Assembly: GCF_000341395.1 (NCBI RefSeq)
Contig: NC_020304.1
Coordinates: 3,360,001 to 3,392,000 of the forward strand
Reading direction: 5' to 3'
DNA from: Desulfocapsa sulfexigens DSM 10523
GTDB taxonomy: Bacteria; Desulfobacterota; Desulfobulbia; Desulfobulbales; Desulfocapsaceae
DNA length: 32,000 nucleotides
The notes beneath the pieces were generated by a model. That model was not told where the DNA came from and did no database searches. It saw nothing but the letters and a program-made list of their open reading frames with translations. Positions within the stretch are counted from its first letter, which is position 1. Every line of letters starts with the position of its first letter. The position numbers and the translations under genes are program-made. Shown here one piece after another: positions 18,485 through 28,366 of the stretch.

Positions 18485-19399
18485 TCAACCAGCAACTTTC
18501 TCCGCAAAAAGAGTATGGCTGGCTGCAGTTGATATTGCGAGTACAGCTGGATGAGACAATATTTTTTCAATTGAGATTGCATAAAATCGATATTGCACCT
18601 TTTCCGTTCTCCCCACAATAGAAACCTTATACTGACGCTGCACCTCCTCTTCAATCACCGTTGGTGCCATAAAAACACCATCACCTCGCTGACCGAAGGC
18701 TTTAAGCAGAGCAGCGTCATCAAATTCACCAACGATTAAAGGTGTGATCTTGAGAGACTCAAACCATACATCCAGATCGTTTCTCAAGGTGGTTTCCTGC
18801 AATGGCATCAGTATTGGGGTCCCACTGAGGGAATAAGGAAAATCTGCTTCAAGAGGGCCACTGAGTTCGTCTACTCCAAAAAATGTTACACCACATTCCC
18901 CAAGTATGTGATTATAAGCTTTGATGCTCATACCAGTTCCGATGGGTGAATCGCTGATTATGATATCAAGTTTGTGCAGGGCCAGCTCTGCAAGCAGGGC
19001 TTCTTTTTTGTTTTCACAACAGATCAGGCGTATCGGTTCCGGCAGCTTGAATACCGGATCAAGGAGATCACGTACTATCATCTTGGGAAGTGCATCAACG
19101 ATCCCAACTCGCAGAGGGATTCGCCCGGCCTTTGGATGCCCATGGATCGTATCCATCAACTCTCTTCCAAGTGAAAATATTTCATCTGCATATTGGAATA
19201 CCAATTGACCCATTTCAGTGGGTTCAATGTTGCGCCCCACGCGATGGAAGAGCTTCACCTCAAGAGTTTCTTCAAGTGTGGTGAGTTGGGAGCTGATGGT
19301 AGAAGGTACCAAGTTGAGCCGCTTACCGGCTGCAGTAATGCCGCCCTCGCGTACAACGTTCCAGAAATAATAAAGATGATGATAGTTGAGCCATTCCAT
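18485..19399 (-). CDS. nhaR: LysR-family transcriptional regulator, NhaR-like
   Basis: N-terminal HTH MEWLNYHHLYYFWNVVREGGITAAGKRLNLVPSTISSQL with downstream substrate-binding domain typical of NhaR proteins. Confidence 0.8.
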   Translation of the reverse strand: MEWLNYHHLYYFWNVVREGGITAAGKRLNLVPSTISSQLTTLEETLEVKLFHRVGRNIEPTEMGQLVFQYADEIFSLGRELMDTIHGHPKAGRIPLRVGIVDALPKMIVRDLLDPVFKLPEPIRLICCENKKEALLAELALHKLDIIISDSPIGTGMSIKAYNHILGECGVTFFGVDELSGPLEADFPYSLSGTPILMPLQETTLRNDLDVWFESLKITPLIVGEFDDAALLKAFGQRGDGVFMAPTVIEEEVQRQYKVSIVGRTEKVQYRFYAISIEKILSHPAVLAISTAASHTLFAEKVAG

Positions 19400-19525
19400 A
19401 CACACACCCTATTGTTTGTTTTATCGAACGATAACTATTGTTTTATCAACTTGTCCCAACAATTCTTCATAATTACTCTTTTTTATAAGGGTTTAAAATA
19501 ATAATTTCACCCAGGAGTCAGAATA

Positions 19526-19756
19526 ATGAAATTAAACTTCAAAATGAGACTGATACTTCTAGGTTTGTTGTCTTTTACAGGATTGACGGCATGTGACCAG
19601 GCAGACAAAATGATTGATGATGCTGCAGAAACCGCAAAACAGACAGTGAGTACGGTAAAAGACAGGGCTGCTGAGGTACTGGACACCACAGAAGAAAAAG
19701 ACTCAGAAGAGGACTCAACAGAGAAAAAAGAAGATAAAGAAAAGGATAAAGACTGA
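19526..19756 (+). CDS. Small predicted lipoprotein, charged C-terminus
   Basis: Signal with lipobox LTAC, followed by acidic/Lys-rich tail. SD AGGAG. Confidence 0.65.
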   Translation: MKLNFKMRLILLGLLSFTGLTACDQADKMIDDAAETAKQTVSTVKDRAAEVLDTTEEKDSEEDSTEKKEDKEKDKD

Positions 19757-19852
19757 CCACAACGAACTTGAGCGTCGGCCACTTTTCTTTACCTCTCCCT
19801 TTTTATCTCCTGGCAGGCGCTCATTCTTTTCATCGCAACTCGAAGAAGCTCT

Positions 19853-20095
19853 ATGAAGATTTTATTGAAAACCCACAACCTTGAATTGATTCGGGAGACA
19901 ACCACCAGCATGGATAGATGTCTTCGTATTGCCCTCGGTAGATTTTTAGTATCAAGTAATAAGGTTACAGTACGCTTGACGGATTTCAGCGTGTTAAAGG
20001 AACCATTGATAAAGAGTGTTTTATCTTTCTTAGCCAGCGAAAAGGAGGTGAGGTTATTGCCTAGAGAAGGGGCGGATATTGCAATCAAACCTTAA
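19853..20095 (+). CDS. Small hypothetical protein
   Basis: 80 aa ORF on the same strand as its neighbours, in a gap otherwise lacking ORFs. Confidence 0.35.
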   Translation: MKILLKTHNLELIRETTTSMDRCLRIALGRFLVSSNKVTVRLTDFSVLKEPLIKSVLSFLASEKEVRLLPREGADIAIKP

Positions 20096-20197
20096 ATCGC
20101 TATACAAATCAATTGGCCGTGCAGTTGAGCGGGAACTGGAAGCTGACCTTGATGGTGAGCGCATTGACAAATTGTCAAATAAAAACAGGAGGATGCC

Positions 20198-20479
20198 ATG
20201 GGACGTGAGAAACTGCTGTTTAAAAGTGAAGAGAAGAAGAATAGTGCTGAAATCGTGGCATTTTTACGCAACATTGCCGATAAGATCGAACAGGATGGAA
20301 GTATGACCTTGCTGCAGGGTGAAGACAGGGTTGTCCTTGATTTTCCGAGCAGTATGACCATGGAAATCAAGGTCGAAGATGAAGAAAAAAGACGCAAGGG
20401 CACTAAGCGCACATTTGAAATTGAACTCGAGTGGTACCCCGACTCTGACTACAAACAAAGAAGCGTAGTCATAGAATAA
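20198..20479 (+). CDS. Amphi-Trp domain-containing small protein
   Basis: Sequence pattern FKSEEKKNSAEIVAFLRNIADKIEQDGSMTLLQGEDRVVLDFPSSMTMEIKVEDE...FEIELEWY. Confidence 0.75.
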   Translation: MGREKLLFKSEEKKNSAEIVAFLRNIADKIEQDGSMTLLQGEDRVVLDFPSSMTMEIKVEDEEKRRKGTKRTFEIELEWYPDSDYKQRSVVIE

Positions 20480-20522
20480 ATTCAAACTATTAACCAATAC
20501 TTCAGAGCTGGAAATTGACAGC

Positions 20523-23234
20523 ATGAAAAACATATCATTATCAGATAAAGAGTGGCACCACCTACCTACGGACGAAATAATTCACCTGCTAACCAGTGAC
20601 CGTAAAAAAGGGCTGGTGAAGGAGGAGGCAGAGCGGCGTTTTCATCGATTTGGTGCCAATGTTCTCACCGCGAAGCAGGGACAGAATGTATGGATACGAT
20701 TTCTAATGCAATTTCATCAGCCTCTGATCTATATCCTAATTGCTGCTGGCGTCGTTACTGCGGCATTGCAGGAGTGGGTTGATTCTGGGGTGATCTTCGG
20801 GGTTATCCTGGTTAATGCAATAATTGGTTTTATCCAGGAATCCAAGGCAGAAAGTGCCCTTGCCGCATTGGCCAATACAATGGTTGCAGAGGCCACAGTT
20901 CTACGCAATGGAGAAAAAAAACGTATACCATCAACAGAGCTGGTTCCAGGAGATATTGTCTTGCTCCAGGCAGGTGATAAAGTACCTGCCGATTTGCGGC
21001 TTCTGACAATTCGTAATCTACAAGTGGATGAATCTGCTTTGACCGGTGAATCGATACCTGTTGAAAAAAGAGTGGAAAAGCTTGCGCAGGACACAGCCCT
21101 GGCAGAACGAATAAATATGGCTTATGCCTCATCCATGGTTACATATGGTCAGGGAATCGGTATTGTTACTGCAACAGGTGACCACACTGAAGTAGGCAGA
21201 ATCTCCAGGCTCATTTCCTCGGCACAGGATTTGGCCACGCCCCTTACCCGTAAAATTGCACATTTCAGTCATATCCTGCTCTACGCTATCCTGCTCCTTG
21301 CTGCAATTACTGTGGCAGTGGGTCTACTATGGGGACAATCGCTTTTTGACATGTTCATGGCTGCTGTTGCTCTCGCTGTAGGAGCGATCCCTGAAGGACT
21401 ACCTGCTGCAGTGACCATTACCCTTGCCATCGGTGTTTCCAGGATGGCAAAACGCAGAGCCATTATCCGTAAACTTCCTGCCGTGGAAACTCTTGGCAGT
21501 ACCACGGTTATTTGTTCGGATAAAACAGGTACGCTCACTGAAAATCAGATGACGGTACAGGCTATCATAGCTGGAGATGTTCATTACGAAGTCAGTGGAG
21601 TTGGTTATGCTCCATTTGGTCAAATTGTCAGACAGGAAGGGGCAGAAGATAAATACAGCACCGCACTCAACGAATGTCTGCGGGCAGGTATCCTGTGTAA
21701 CGATAGTTTACTTCTGGAGAAAGATAATAACTGGCAGGTACAGGGCGATCCAACAGAAGGAGCACTGTTTGTGTCAGCTGCCAAGAACGGATTTAACAGA
21801 AAGGAAACCGTGACACAGAACCCCCGCCTTGATTCAATTCCTTTTGAATCCCAGCACCAGTATATGGCTACCCTTCATGATACAGGTACCGACAGACCGC
21901 GAACAGTCTATATTAAAGGTGCAGTGGAACAGATAGTAGCCAAATGTGCCGTAGCAATGGATGAAGACGGCAATACCAAAACACTTCAAAGCGATACGAT
22001 CCATCGGGAAGTCTCTCGCATGGCGGCAAGAGGATTGCGGGTACTGGCTTTTGCCTGTGTAAGATTGCCGGCTCGCACCATGACAATAGATCATGCAGAT
22101 GTTGCATCAGGGCTTACGTTTCTCGGCCTGCAGGGCATGATCGATCCGCCTAGAGCTGAGGTTGTGGTAGCGGTGAAAACCTGCAGGAAAGCCGGAATCA
22201 AGATAAAAATGATTACTGGGGATCACCCGATTACCGCTGCAGCCATTGCCGGACAGATAGGTATTTCAACTGATACCATCGATAAAACTGGAAAAGGAAT
22301 AGTGCTTACCGGTGCAATGCTTGAAAAACTCTCAGACGATGAATTGACTATGGCCGCTGAAGAGACTAACGTCTTCGCAAGGGCCACCCCAGAACAGAAG
22401 ATTCGTCTGGTACGTGCCCTCCAGACAAATGGTCATGTGGTGGCCATGACCGGTGACGGAGTTAATGATGCCCCGGCTCTGAAACAGGCCAATATTGGTG
22501 TGGCCATGGGCATCACCGGCACAGATGTCTCCAAGGAAGCAGCCGACATGGTACTCACAGATGATAATTTCAGCTCTATTGAGGCAGCGGTGGAGGAAGG
22601 GCGCGGCGTGTTTGATAACCTGACCAAGTTTATTGTATGGACTCTACCCACCAACCTTGGAGAAGGGCTGGTTATCCTCACGGCAATTTTTCTCGGCATA
22701 ACGCTGCCCATCCTACCGGTACAGATCCTCTGGATAAACATGACTACAGCAGGTTTTCTGGGTCTGATGCTGGCCTTTGAACCAAAGGAGCCGGGGATTA
22801 TGCAACGACAGCCGCGTCATCCAGATATTCCCATTCTCACCCGGGAATTGATCACCAGGATTTTTCTGGTGGGCACTTTGCTGCTCATCGGCGCTTTTGG
22901 ACTTTTTGAATTGGAACTGGCAAAGGGTGCTTCCCTTGAACAGGCACGTACTGTAGCGGTAAACACTTTTGTTATTATGGAGCTTTTTTACCTGTTTAAC
23001 TGCCGCTCTTTAACTAAATCAATTTTCCAGCTGGGTGTTTTTACCAACATGTGGGTCTTTGGAGGGGTTTCAGTTATGCTTTTTATACAGCTCATCTACA
23101 CCTACTTACCCACCATGAACCGCTTGTTTCACAGCGCACCAATCGGTGCAGGCTCCTGGGCACAAATTGGTGTGGCCGGCCTTGCTGCCTATGTAATCGT
23201 GGAAGTGGAAAAGAAACTTCGCAATAATCGTTAA
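20523..23234 (+). CDS. Cation-transporting P-type ATPase (P2-type, Ca2+-ATPase-like)
   Basis: CSDKTGTLTENQ phosphorylation site, AIPEGLPAA TM4 motif, TGDGVNDAPALKQANIGVAMG hinge, N-terminal cation ATPase domain. Confidence 0.92.
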   Translation: MKNISLSDKEWHHLPTDEIIHLLTSDRKKGLVKEEAERRFHRFGANVLTAKQGQNVWIRFLMQFHQPLIYILIAAGVVTAALQEWVDSGVIFGVILVNAIIGFIQESKAESALAALANTMVAEATVLRNGEKKRIPSTELVPGDIVLLQAGDKVPADLRLLTIRNLQVDESALTGESIPVEKRVEKLAQDTALAERINMAYASSMVTYGQGIGIVTATGDHTEVGRISRLISSAQDLATPLTRKIAHFSHILLYAILLLAAITVAVGLLWGQSLFDMFMAAVALAVGAIPEGLPAAVTITLAIGVSRMAKRRAIIRKLPAVETLGSTTVICSDKTGTLTENQMTVQAIIAGDVHYEVSGVGYAPFGQIVRQEGAEDKYSTALNECLRAGILCNDSLLLEKDNNWQVQGDPTEGALFVSAAKNGFNRKETVTQNPRLDSIPFESQHQYMATLHDTGTDRPRTVYIKGAVEQIVAKCAVAMDEDGNTKTLQSDTIHREVSRMAARGLRVLAFACVRLPARTMTIDHADVASGLTFLGLQGMIDPPRAEVVVAVKTCRKAGIKIKMITGDHPITAAAIAGQIGISTDTIDKTGKGIVLTGAMLEKLSDDELTMAAEETNVFARATPEQKIRLVRALQTNGHVVAMTGDGVNDAPALKQANIGVAMGITGTDVSKEAADMVLTDDNFSSIEAAVEEGRGVFDNLTKFIVWTLPTNLGEGLVILTAIFLGITLPILPVQILWINMTTAGFLGLMLAFEPKEPGIMQRQPRHPDIPILTRELITRIFLVGTLLLIGAFGLFELELAKGASLEQARTVAVNTFVIMELFYLFNCRSLTKSIFQLGVFTNMWVFGGVSVMLFIQLIYTYLPTMNRLFHSAPIGAGSWAQIGVAGLAAYVIVEVEKKLRNNR

Positions 23235-23390
23235 AGCTTGAAAGTATAAGCTTGCTATATAAGGAAAGTATGGAAAAACGTATAGACATGATTTGTCAGA
23301 CCCAAAAGAGTCCCAGGTTCAATACTGCGAAAAATCATTCGTATGGAAGATTAGACACAACAACACAATGGATTTAACAGGAGATAAAAT

Positions 23391-23726
23391 ATAAGACGCT
23401 TTAAAAATATTCCTCCGGTTCATGACAGTGGCGAGTCTGGCCAATCAAGCCTCAGCAGGGCTATTGATTTGGCAAGACGCAATCCAATACAGCTGCACCA
23501 GGAGCATATCGTTCAGGGGAGAACCGATGGTGTCGTGATGGGTACTGTGTGCCGTGCAGGAATACCCGTTTTTTTTTTCATCGGCAATACAGCTGAAAAA
23601 ATATTGCACAGGCTGGACTGTTCCATTTTGGCAGGTAGGCCAGACTGCTTTATCAGGCCGGTACAACTTGAACCCATAACTCTTTTAAATTGCACTGTCT
23701 CAGTAAGTAATTATGCAAACAATTAA
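23391..23726 (+). CDS. Hypothetical small protein, possibly non-ATG start (ATA 23391 or TTG 23469)
   Basis: Frame opens just after a stop at 23385. AGGAG at 23379-23383 precedes ATA. 3' end overlaps the ion channel start at 23713. Confidence 0.3.
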   Translation: MRRFKNIPPVHDSGESGQSSLSRAIDLARRNPIQLHQEHIVQGRTDGVVMGTVCRAGIPVFFFIGNTAEKILHRLDCSILAGRPDCFIRPVQLEPITLLNCTVSVSNYANN

Positions 23727-24537
23727 AATACAGGAAAAATTTGACAAACTTCGCAGCAATAAACTATTTGAGTTTCTTGTCATCGGGGTAATTATTTTTT
23801 CAGCACTGGTTATTGGAGCAAAAACCTATAATATTTCTCGCGGTCTTCTTCAGGTGGTTCACCTGTTAGACTGGTTCATTACCTTCTTTTTTTTAACGGA
23901 AATCACCATTCGCTTTCTGGGGGAAAAGAATAAGATAGATTTTTTTAAACAGGGCTGGAATATTTTTGACACCCTGATAGTTACTGTCAGCCTTATTCCA
24001 ATACAGGACAGTGAGCTTGCAGTTATCGGACGTTTGATTCGGATCTTTCGTGTCCTTCGAATGGTTTCCATTATTCCCGAAATGAGACTGCTATTGAATT
24101 CGCTATTTGTAGCTTTGCCTCAACTTGGTTATATCGTCGGCTTAATGTTTATCATTTTCTACATCTATGCTGCCATTGGAAGCACTTTCTTTGCCGCTAT
24201 TAATCCGGAACTGTGGGGTGACATATCTATTTCACTGTTAACTCTGTTCCGGGTCATGACCTTTGAAGACTGGACCGATGTCATGTATGAAACCATGAAA
24301 GTGCACCCCCTATCCTGGCTCTATTATCTCAGTTTTATCTTTTTCACTGCTTTTGCTTTTTTGAATATGGTCATCGGGGTCGTGGTCAATGTTCTTAACG
24401 AAGAAAGTGATAAAATAAACAGAAAGGAACAACAGGACGCACAACAGATCAGCATGGAAGATCTCGACAAAAAAATCGAAGAACTCAAGGTATTAATTTT
24501 GCAAAGATCGACTTCTTCAACGAAGAAAGAAAGCTGA
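23713..24537 (+). CDS. Voltage-gated-type ion channel (Ion_trans family, NaChBac-like topology)
   Basis: S4-like RLIRIFRVLRMV. Pore segment LFRVMTFEDWTDVMYE. C-terminal coiled-coil-like tail. Confidence 0.88.
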   Translation: MQTIKIQEKFDKLRSNKLFEFLVIGVIIFSALVIGAKTYNISRGLLQVVHLLDWFITFFFLTEITIRFLGEKNKIDFFKQGWNIFDTLIVTVSLIPIQDSELAVIGRLIRIFRVLRMVSIIPEMRLLLNSLFVALPQLGYIVGLMFIIFYIYAAIGSTFFAAINPELWGDISISLLTLFRVMTFEDWTDVMYETMKVHPLSWLYYLSFIFFTAFAFLNMVIGVVVNVLNEESDKINRKEQQDAQQISMEDLDKKIEELKVLILQRSTSSTKKES

Positions 24538-25580
24538 TGAAAAACAATAAGAGCAACCTGGCGCAAAAATGGGCAATCCTTGCTGTTCTGACAGTAGGTA
24601 TCACATTGCTGCATTACAATACGGAGCAGAGCCTCTATTATTTTCATGTGTTCTACGGCGAGCTGTACTGTATTCCGATTGTTCTGGCTGGGTTTTGGTT
24701 TGGTTTACGTGGGGCCCTTCTGGTTTCGACCACAATCACAGTATTTTACCTGCCATTTATTTACTGGCACTGGCAGGGCCTTTCCCCGAATGCTCTGGAT
24801 AGCATTTTGTCTCTCTGTCTTTATAACGGCTTGGCTCTACTCACTGGTGCTCTCAAAGACAGAGAGACAGCTACAAGAGAAATGGTGTTACAGACCGACA
24901 ACCTTATTGTCATGGGAAAATCCCTTGCTGCAGCTGCCCATGACATGCGATCCCCTCTGATGCTTATTGGCGGTTTTGCCAGGCGTATTTTGAAAAATAT
25001 GGACGATCACGATCCGGCTCGCCCAAAACTGACCCTTATCATACAGGAAACTGAAAAGATGGAACGAATGGCCGAGGATATGCTAGACTTCTCCAAACCT
25101 TTGGCCTTGACAAAGGTGCGGGGAAATATAGATACAACTGTCAGGAATGGACTGGCTAAAGTACAGGAGGCTGCTCGAAAGAAAAGAGTATCTGTTGAAT
25201 ACCACCCCAGCCCTGAACCGGTAGATATTAAATTCGACAGCGTACGTTTTGAGCAGGCGCTTATCAACCTGATACAGAATGCAGTTGAAGCCTCTCCAGA
25301 AGGAGACACAGTTACAATAGCATTATCAGTTTCATCACTCGGAAGCCCGTTTCTCGATGTGGCGGATAACGGCAGCGGCATCCCACTTGCAAAAAGACAA
25401 AAGGTATTTGATCCCTTCTTTACCACAAAAAAGGAAGGTACCGGCCTTGGACTACCAATTGTGAAAAAGATCATCGACGCCCACGGCTGGTCTCTGCAAA
25501 TTCTGGATAATAATGGTGGTGGGACTATTTGCAGAATAATGCTGAAGGAGGGCAACGGTCATGACTGCATTCATCAATGA
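24537..25580 (+). CDS. Membrane sensor histidine kinase
   Basis: Start overlaps channel stop. H-box AAAHDMRSPLMLIGGF, N-box NLIQNAVEAS, DNGSGI, KKEGTGLGLPIV. Confidence 0.93.
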   Translation: MKNNKSNLAQKWAILAVLTVGITLLHYNTEQSLYYFHVFYGELYCIPIVLAGFWFGLRGALLVSTTITVFYLPFIYWHWQGLSPNALDSILSLCLYNGLALLTGALKDRETATREMVLQTDNLIVMGKSLAAAAHDMRSPLMLIGGFARRILKNMDDHDPARPKLTLIIQETEKMERMAEDMLDFSKPLALTKVRGNIDTTVRNGLAKVQEAARKKRVSVEYHPSPEPVDIKFDSVRFEQALINLIQNAVEASPEGDTVTIALSVSSLGSPFLDVADNGSGIPLAKRQKVFDPFFTTKKEGTGLGLPIVKKIIDAHGWSLQILDNNGGGTICRIMLKEGNGHDCIHQ

Positions 25581-26388
25581 ACTGATCACGGGGAAATATT
25601 TTTCCACAGTGGGTGATACGACCTCTGCAAACCATTTGAACCGTAATAGACGCATTGTGCAGTTTTTCCTGTTTGGTGTGGCTATAGATCTTCTACTCAT
25701 CATGGCTGAAATGGCTGCTGGGATCTCTCCCTTGGAAGATATCTTCAGAAACCCTATGCTATATGGTTATGTTTTTATGGTCACTGTGGCGGCATTTTCA
25801 TTTTTCGGTGCAATGATAGGTTCCCGGGAGGATCATCTGGAGAAACTCGCTCTGCGAGATCCACTTACCGGACTTTTTAATTCCCGCTATCTATGGACTC
25901 GTATGGATGAGCAGTGGGCTACCGGTAAACGGGAAAAGAGTGATAGTTCTCTGATCCTATTTGATCTCGACTTTTTCAAAAGAGTGAATGACAGATACGG
26001 ACATCCGGTGGGTGACGAACTGCTCAAACATGTCGGAAAGATCCTGCAACATGCTGCCCGCAGGAGCGATGTGGCTGCCCGAATCGGTGGTGAAGAGTTC
26101 GTTTTTTTCTTGCCCAACACCTCTTCGACCGCTGCTGCAGCCATTGCGGAACGGATCCGTGATACAATCAGCCGAACAACACTGATAACGGATAAAAATC
26201 ATCAGGTTACAATTACTATTTCAGCAGGTGTTGCTAGTATAGACGACTATAATGCTAATATTCCAAGGACGCTTTACGCGAAAGCTGACAAAGCCCTATA
26301 CCTTGCAAAACAACAGGGAAGAAATCGAGTTGTTATCAGCAAGGAATCGAAAAAAGAGATATCTAAAAAAATAACGACCATGGTATAG
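25561..26388 (+). CDS. Membrane diguanylate cyclase (GGDEF domain)
   Basis: Active-site GGEEF and upstream RRSD (I-site-like). RDPLTGLFN...DLDFFKRVNDRYGH. Overlaps the kinase gene by 20 nt. Confidence 0.93.
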   Translation: MTAFINELITGKYFSTVGDTTSANHLNRNRRIVQFFLFGVAIDLLLIMAEMAAGISPLEDIFRNPMLYGYVFMVTVAAFSFFGAMIGSREDHLEKLALRDPLTGLFNSRYLWTRMDEQWATGKREKSDSSLILFDLDFFKRVNDRYGHPVGDELLKHVGKILQHAARRSDVAARIGGEEFVFFLPNTSSTAAAAIAERIRDTISRTTLITDKNHQVTITISAGVASIDDYNANIPRTLYAKADKALYLAKQQGRNRVVISKESKKEISKKITTMV

Positions 26389-26585
26389 GCAAAACTACTC
26401 TGACAAGTCAGAAAACTCTTTAGTTACAGACAATTGCTAATCACCTTATTTGACAACAATAAAAACATACTAAAGTACAGTAAATCGGCCACACCCAGTG
26501 CCACCTACACAAACCTCTCCTCATCGTTTTTCTCACGTTGTAAAATAGAATACTTAAGTTATATTCTCATGTCGACTAACATGCA

Positions 26586-27419
26586 TTATCCGTAACTGTG
26601 CAGGCCCGCCAGGAGGTAATTCACCCCGTAATAAGTAAACATCACCGAGACAAAGCCGACCATAGCAAACCAGGCAATTCTATTCCCACCCCACCCTCTT
26701 GTGAATCTTGCATGTAAGGCTGTTGCATAAATAAACCAGGTAATCAGTGACCAGGTCTCCTTGGGGTCCCAACTCCAATAGGTTCCCCAGGCAGAATTTG
26801 CCCATATGGCACCGGTTACTATCCCAGCTGTCAGCCAGATAAATCCTATCACCAAGGTCTTGTGCATGATGGTGTCAAGAGTTCTCAGGGAAGGCAACAG
26901 TGACAAAAATTTTCCTTCCTGAGCCTTTGCTTTTTTTCTGTCTTTCAGCAGATAAACCACTCCGAGGCCACTGGAAACTGCAAAAGCGGCGTAACCAATA
27001 AAACAGGTGACCACATGGGCAATGAGCCAGTTACTTTGCAGGGCTGGCACAAGAGGCCTGATTTCGGGATTCTTCATTTCAGCCAGGAGCATCGCCACTG
27101 CCGCAAAAGGTATGGCGAAGGCGCCAAGAAAACGATTTTTGTATTTGTATTCCAGCCCCAGATAAAAAACGGCTATGGACCAGGAGAAGAAAACCAATGA
27201 TTCGTACATGTTTGACAGCGGCGCATAGCCAAAACCCATCTGATGTGATTCAATCCACCTCAGACCAATTCCCCCGGTGTTGACCAGAAGAGCAAGAACT
27301 GTTACCGTGCTGGCCACAGCACCATATTGTTCCTTGCGAAAAATAAAGATGCCGACATAAATGAATGCAGCCAGTAAGTATGCAAATGTTGTGACACCGA
27401 GAAGCACTGAGCTATCCAT
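26586..27419 (-). CDS. ccsB: Cytochrome c biogenesis protein, CcsA/CcsB (heme-handling) family
   Basis: Multi-TM protein with the motif WANSAWGTYWSWDPKETWSLITW. Confidence 0.88.
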   Translation of the reverse strand: MDSSVLLGVTTFAYLLAAFIYVGIFIFRKEQYGAVASTVTVLALLVNTGGIGLRWIESHQMGFGYAPLSNMYESLVFFSWSIAVFYLGLEYKYKNRFLGAFAIPFAAVAMLLAEMKNPEIRPLVPALQSNWLIAHVVTCFIGYAAFAVSSGLGVVYLLKDRKKAKAQEGKFLSLLPSLRTLDTIMHKTLVIGFIWLTAGIVTGAIWANSAWGTYWSWDPKETWSLITWFIYATALHARFTRGWGGNRIAWFAMVGFVSVMFTYYGVNYLLAGLHSYG

Positions 27420-27602
27420 CAGTCTTTCCTCCAGTTGCGTACGTTGAAATATTTTCTAAGCTAACCATGGATGACAGAGTAATACCTATTACCAGTTGTG
27501 ACTAATTGAAAATACAAAGACTTCTTTTCGACAAAAACGAACGCTTTGTTTACTGAGCAAATTCCGACAGATTCACTTTGATTTCACATAAAGGTTAGTA
27601 AA

Positions 27603-27980
27603 ATGAACAAAACCAAAGGACAAATTGTTGCTGAGATCAGCGAAGCCATTATCAAGTTCGAAAAAGAGTACATGGGACGCGGCCCACTGGAGACGAAGAC
27701 CTACATTCTTGGTGATATGGTGCTGGTGCGTCTAAAAGGCGTTCTCACCCAGGCCGAACACCAACTTGTCAGCACAGGTGAAGAGACCAAGGGACGGGAT
27801 CTTATCAAACAGGTACGTATTGCATTGCTGGAAAAAGGACGACCGTTGCTTGAAGCAGTCATAGTATCTATTACCGGGTGCAAGGTAAAAAGTCTGCACA
27901 CCGATATCAGCACCGTAACCGGTGAGAGAATAATACTCTTTACTTTGGAAAAGGATCCCACTTTTGAACAAACCTCCTAA
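27603..27980 (+). CDS. DUF2294 / MpsC-like small protein
   Basis: Sequence pattern GQIVAEISEAIIKFEKEYMGRGP...VRLKGVLTQAEHQLV...GRDLIKQVR. Confidence 0.75.
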   Translation: MNKTKGQIVAEISEAIIKFEKEYMGRGPLETKTYILGDMVLVRLKGVLTQAEHQLVSTGEETKGRDLIKQVRIALLEKGRPLLEAVIVSITGCKVKSLHTDISTVTGERIILFTLEKDPTFEQTS

Positions 27981-28244
27981 GGGAGATCGATAACATCCTG
28001 GAACAGTAACATTTTTGCAATAAGCCCTTATGCGGTTGTTCGGTGGAGAATCAGTTTTATCTTGACTTGCAGGTGGATTTTAGTGTTAGCTTTCACAAAA
28101 TATAAAGTGAAGAACTGAGAGAGCACTGATCTGTCAGAAACAGACCGCACGAGAAGATATCAAAACTGGGATGTGTTCTTTACCTTAAAAAAATAAGACT
28201 TATATGTTCGTCAGGGCTCTTGTTTGAGTGTTGAACCGAAATAA

Positions 28245-28293
28245 AAGGTCGAAGTACGCTGATTTTTATACGCGTTCTTCGACCTTTTTTTTT
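28245..28293 (+). terminator. Intrinsic terminator upstream of carB
   Basis: AAGGTCGAAGTACGC / GCGTTCTTCGACCTT arms (one mismatch) followed by a T tract. Confidence 0.85.
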
Positions 28294-28366
28294 GCCTGTT
28301 CACCAGGATTCAAACAGAATGGCAGACGAAAATTAAGGTTATTCAGCAGAGGGTAAAACAAAATAA

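Noticed and set aside
20079-20306. 75 aa ORF overlapping the amphi-Trp gene
   Set aside because: It has a non-ATG start and overlaps two other ORFs. No domain is evident, although the first half could belong to a small coupled protein.
25007-25555. 182 aa minus-strand ORF antisense to the histidine kinase
   Set aside because: It overlaps a canonical kinase catalytic region and shows no recognisable domain.
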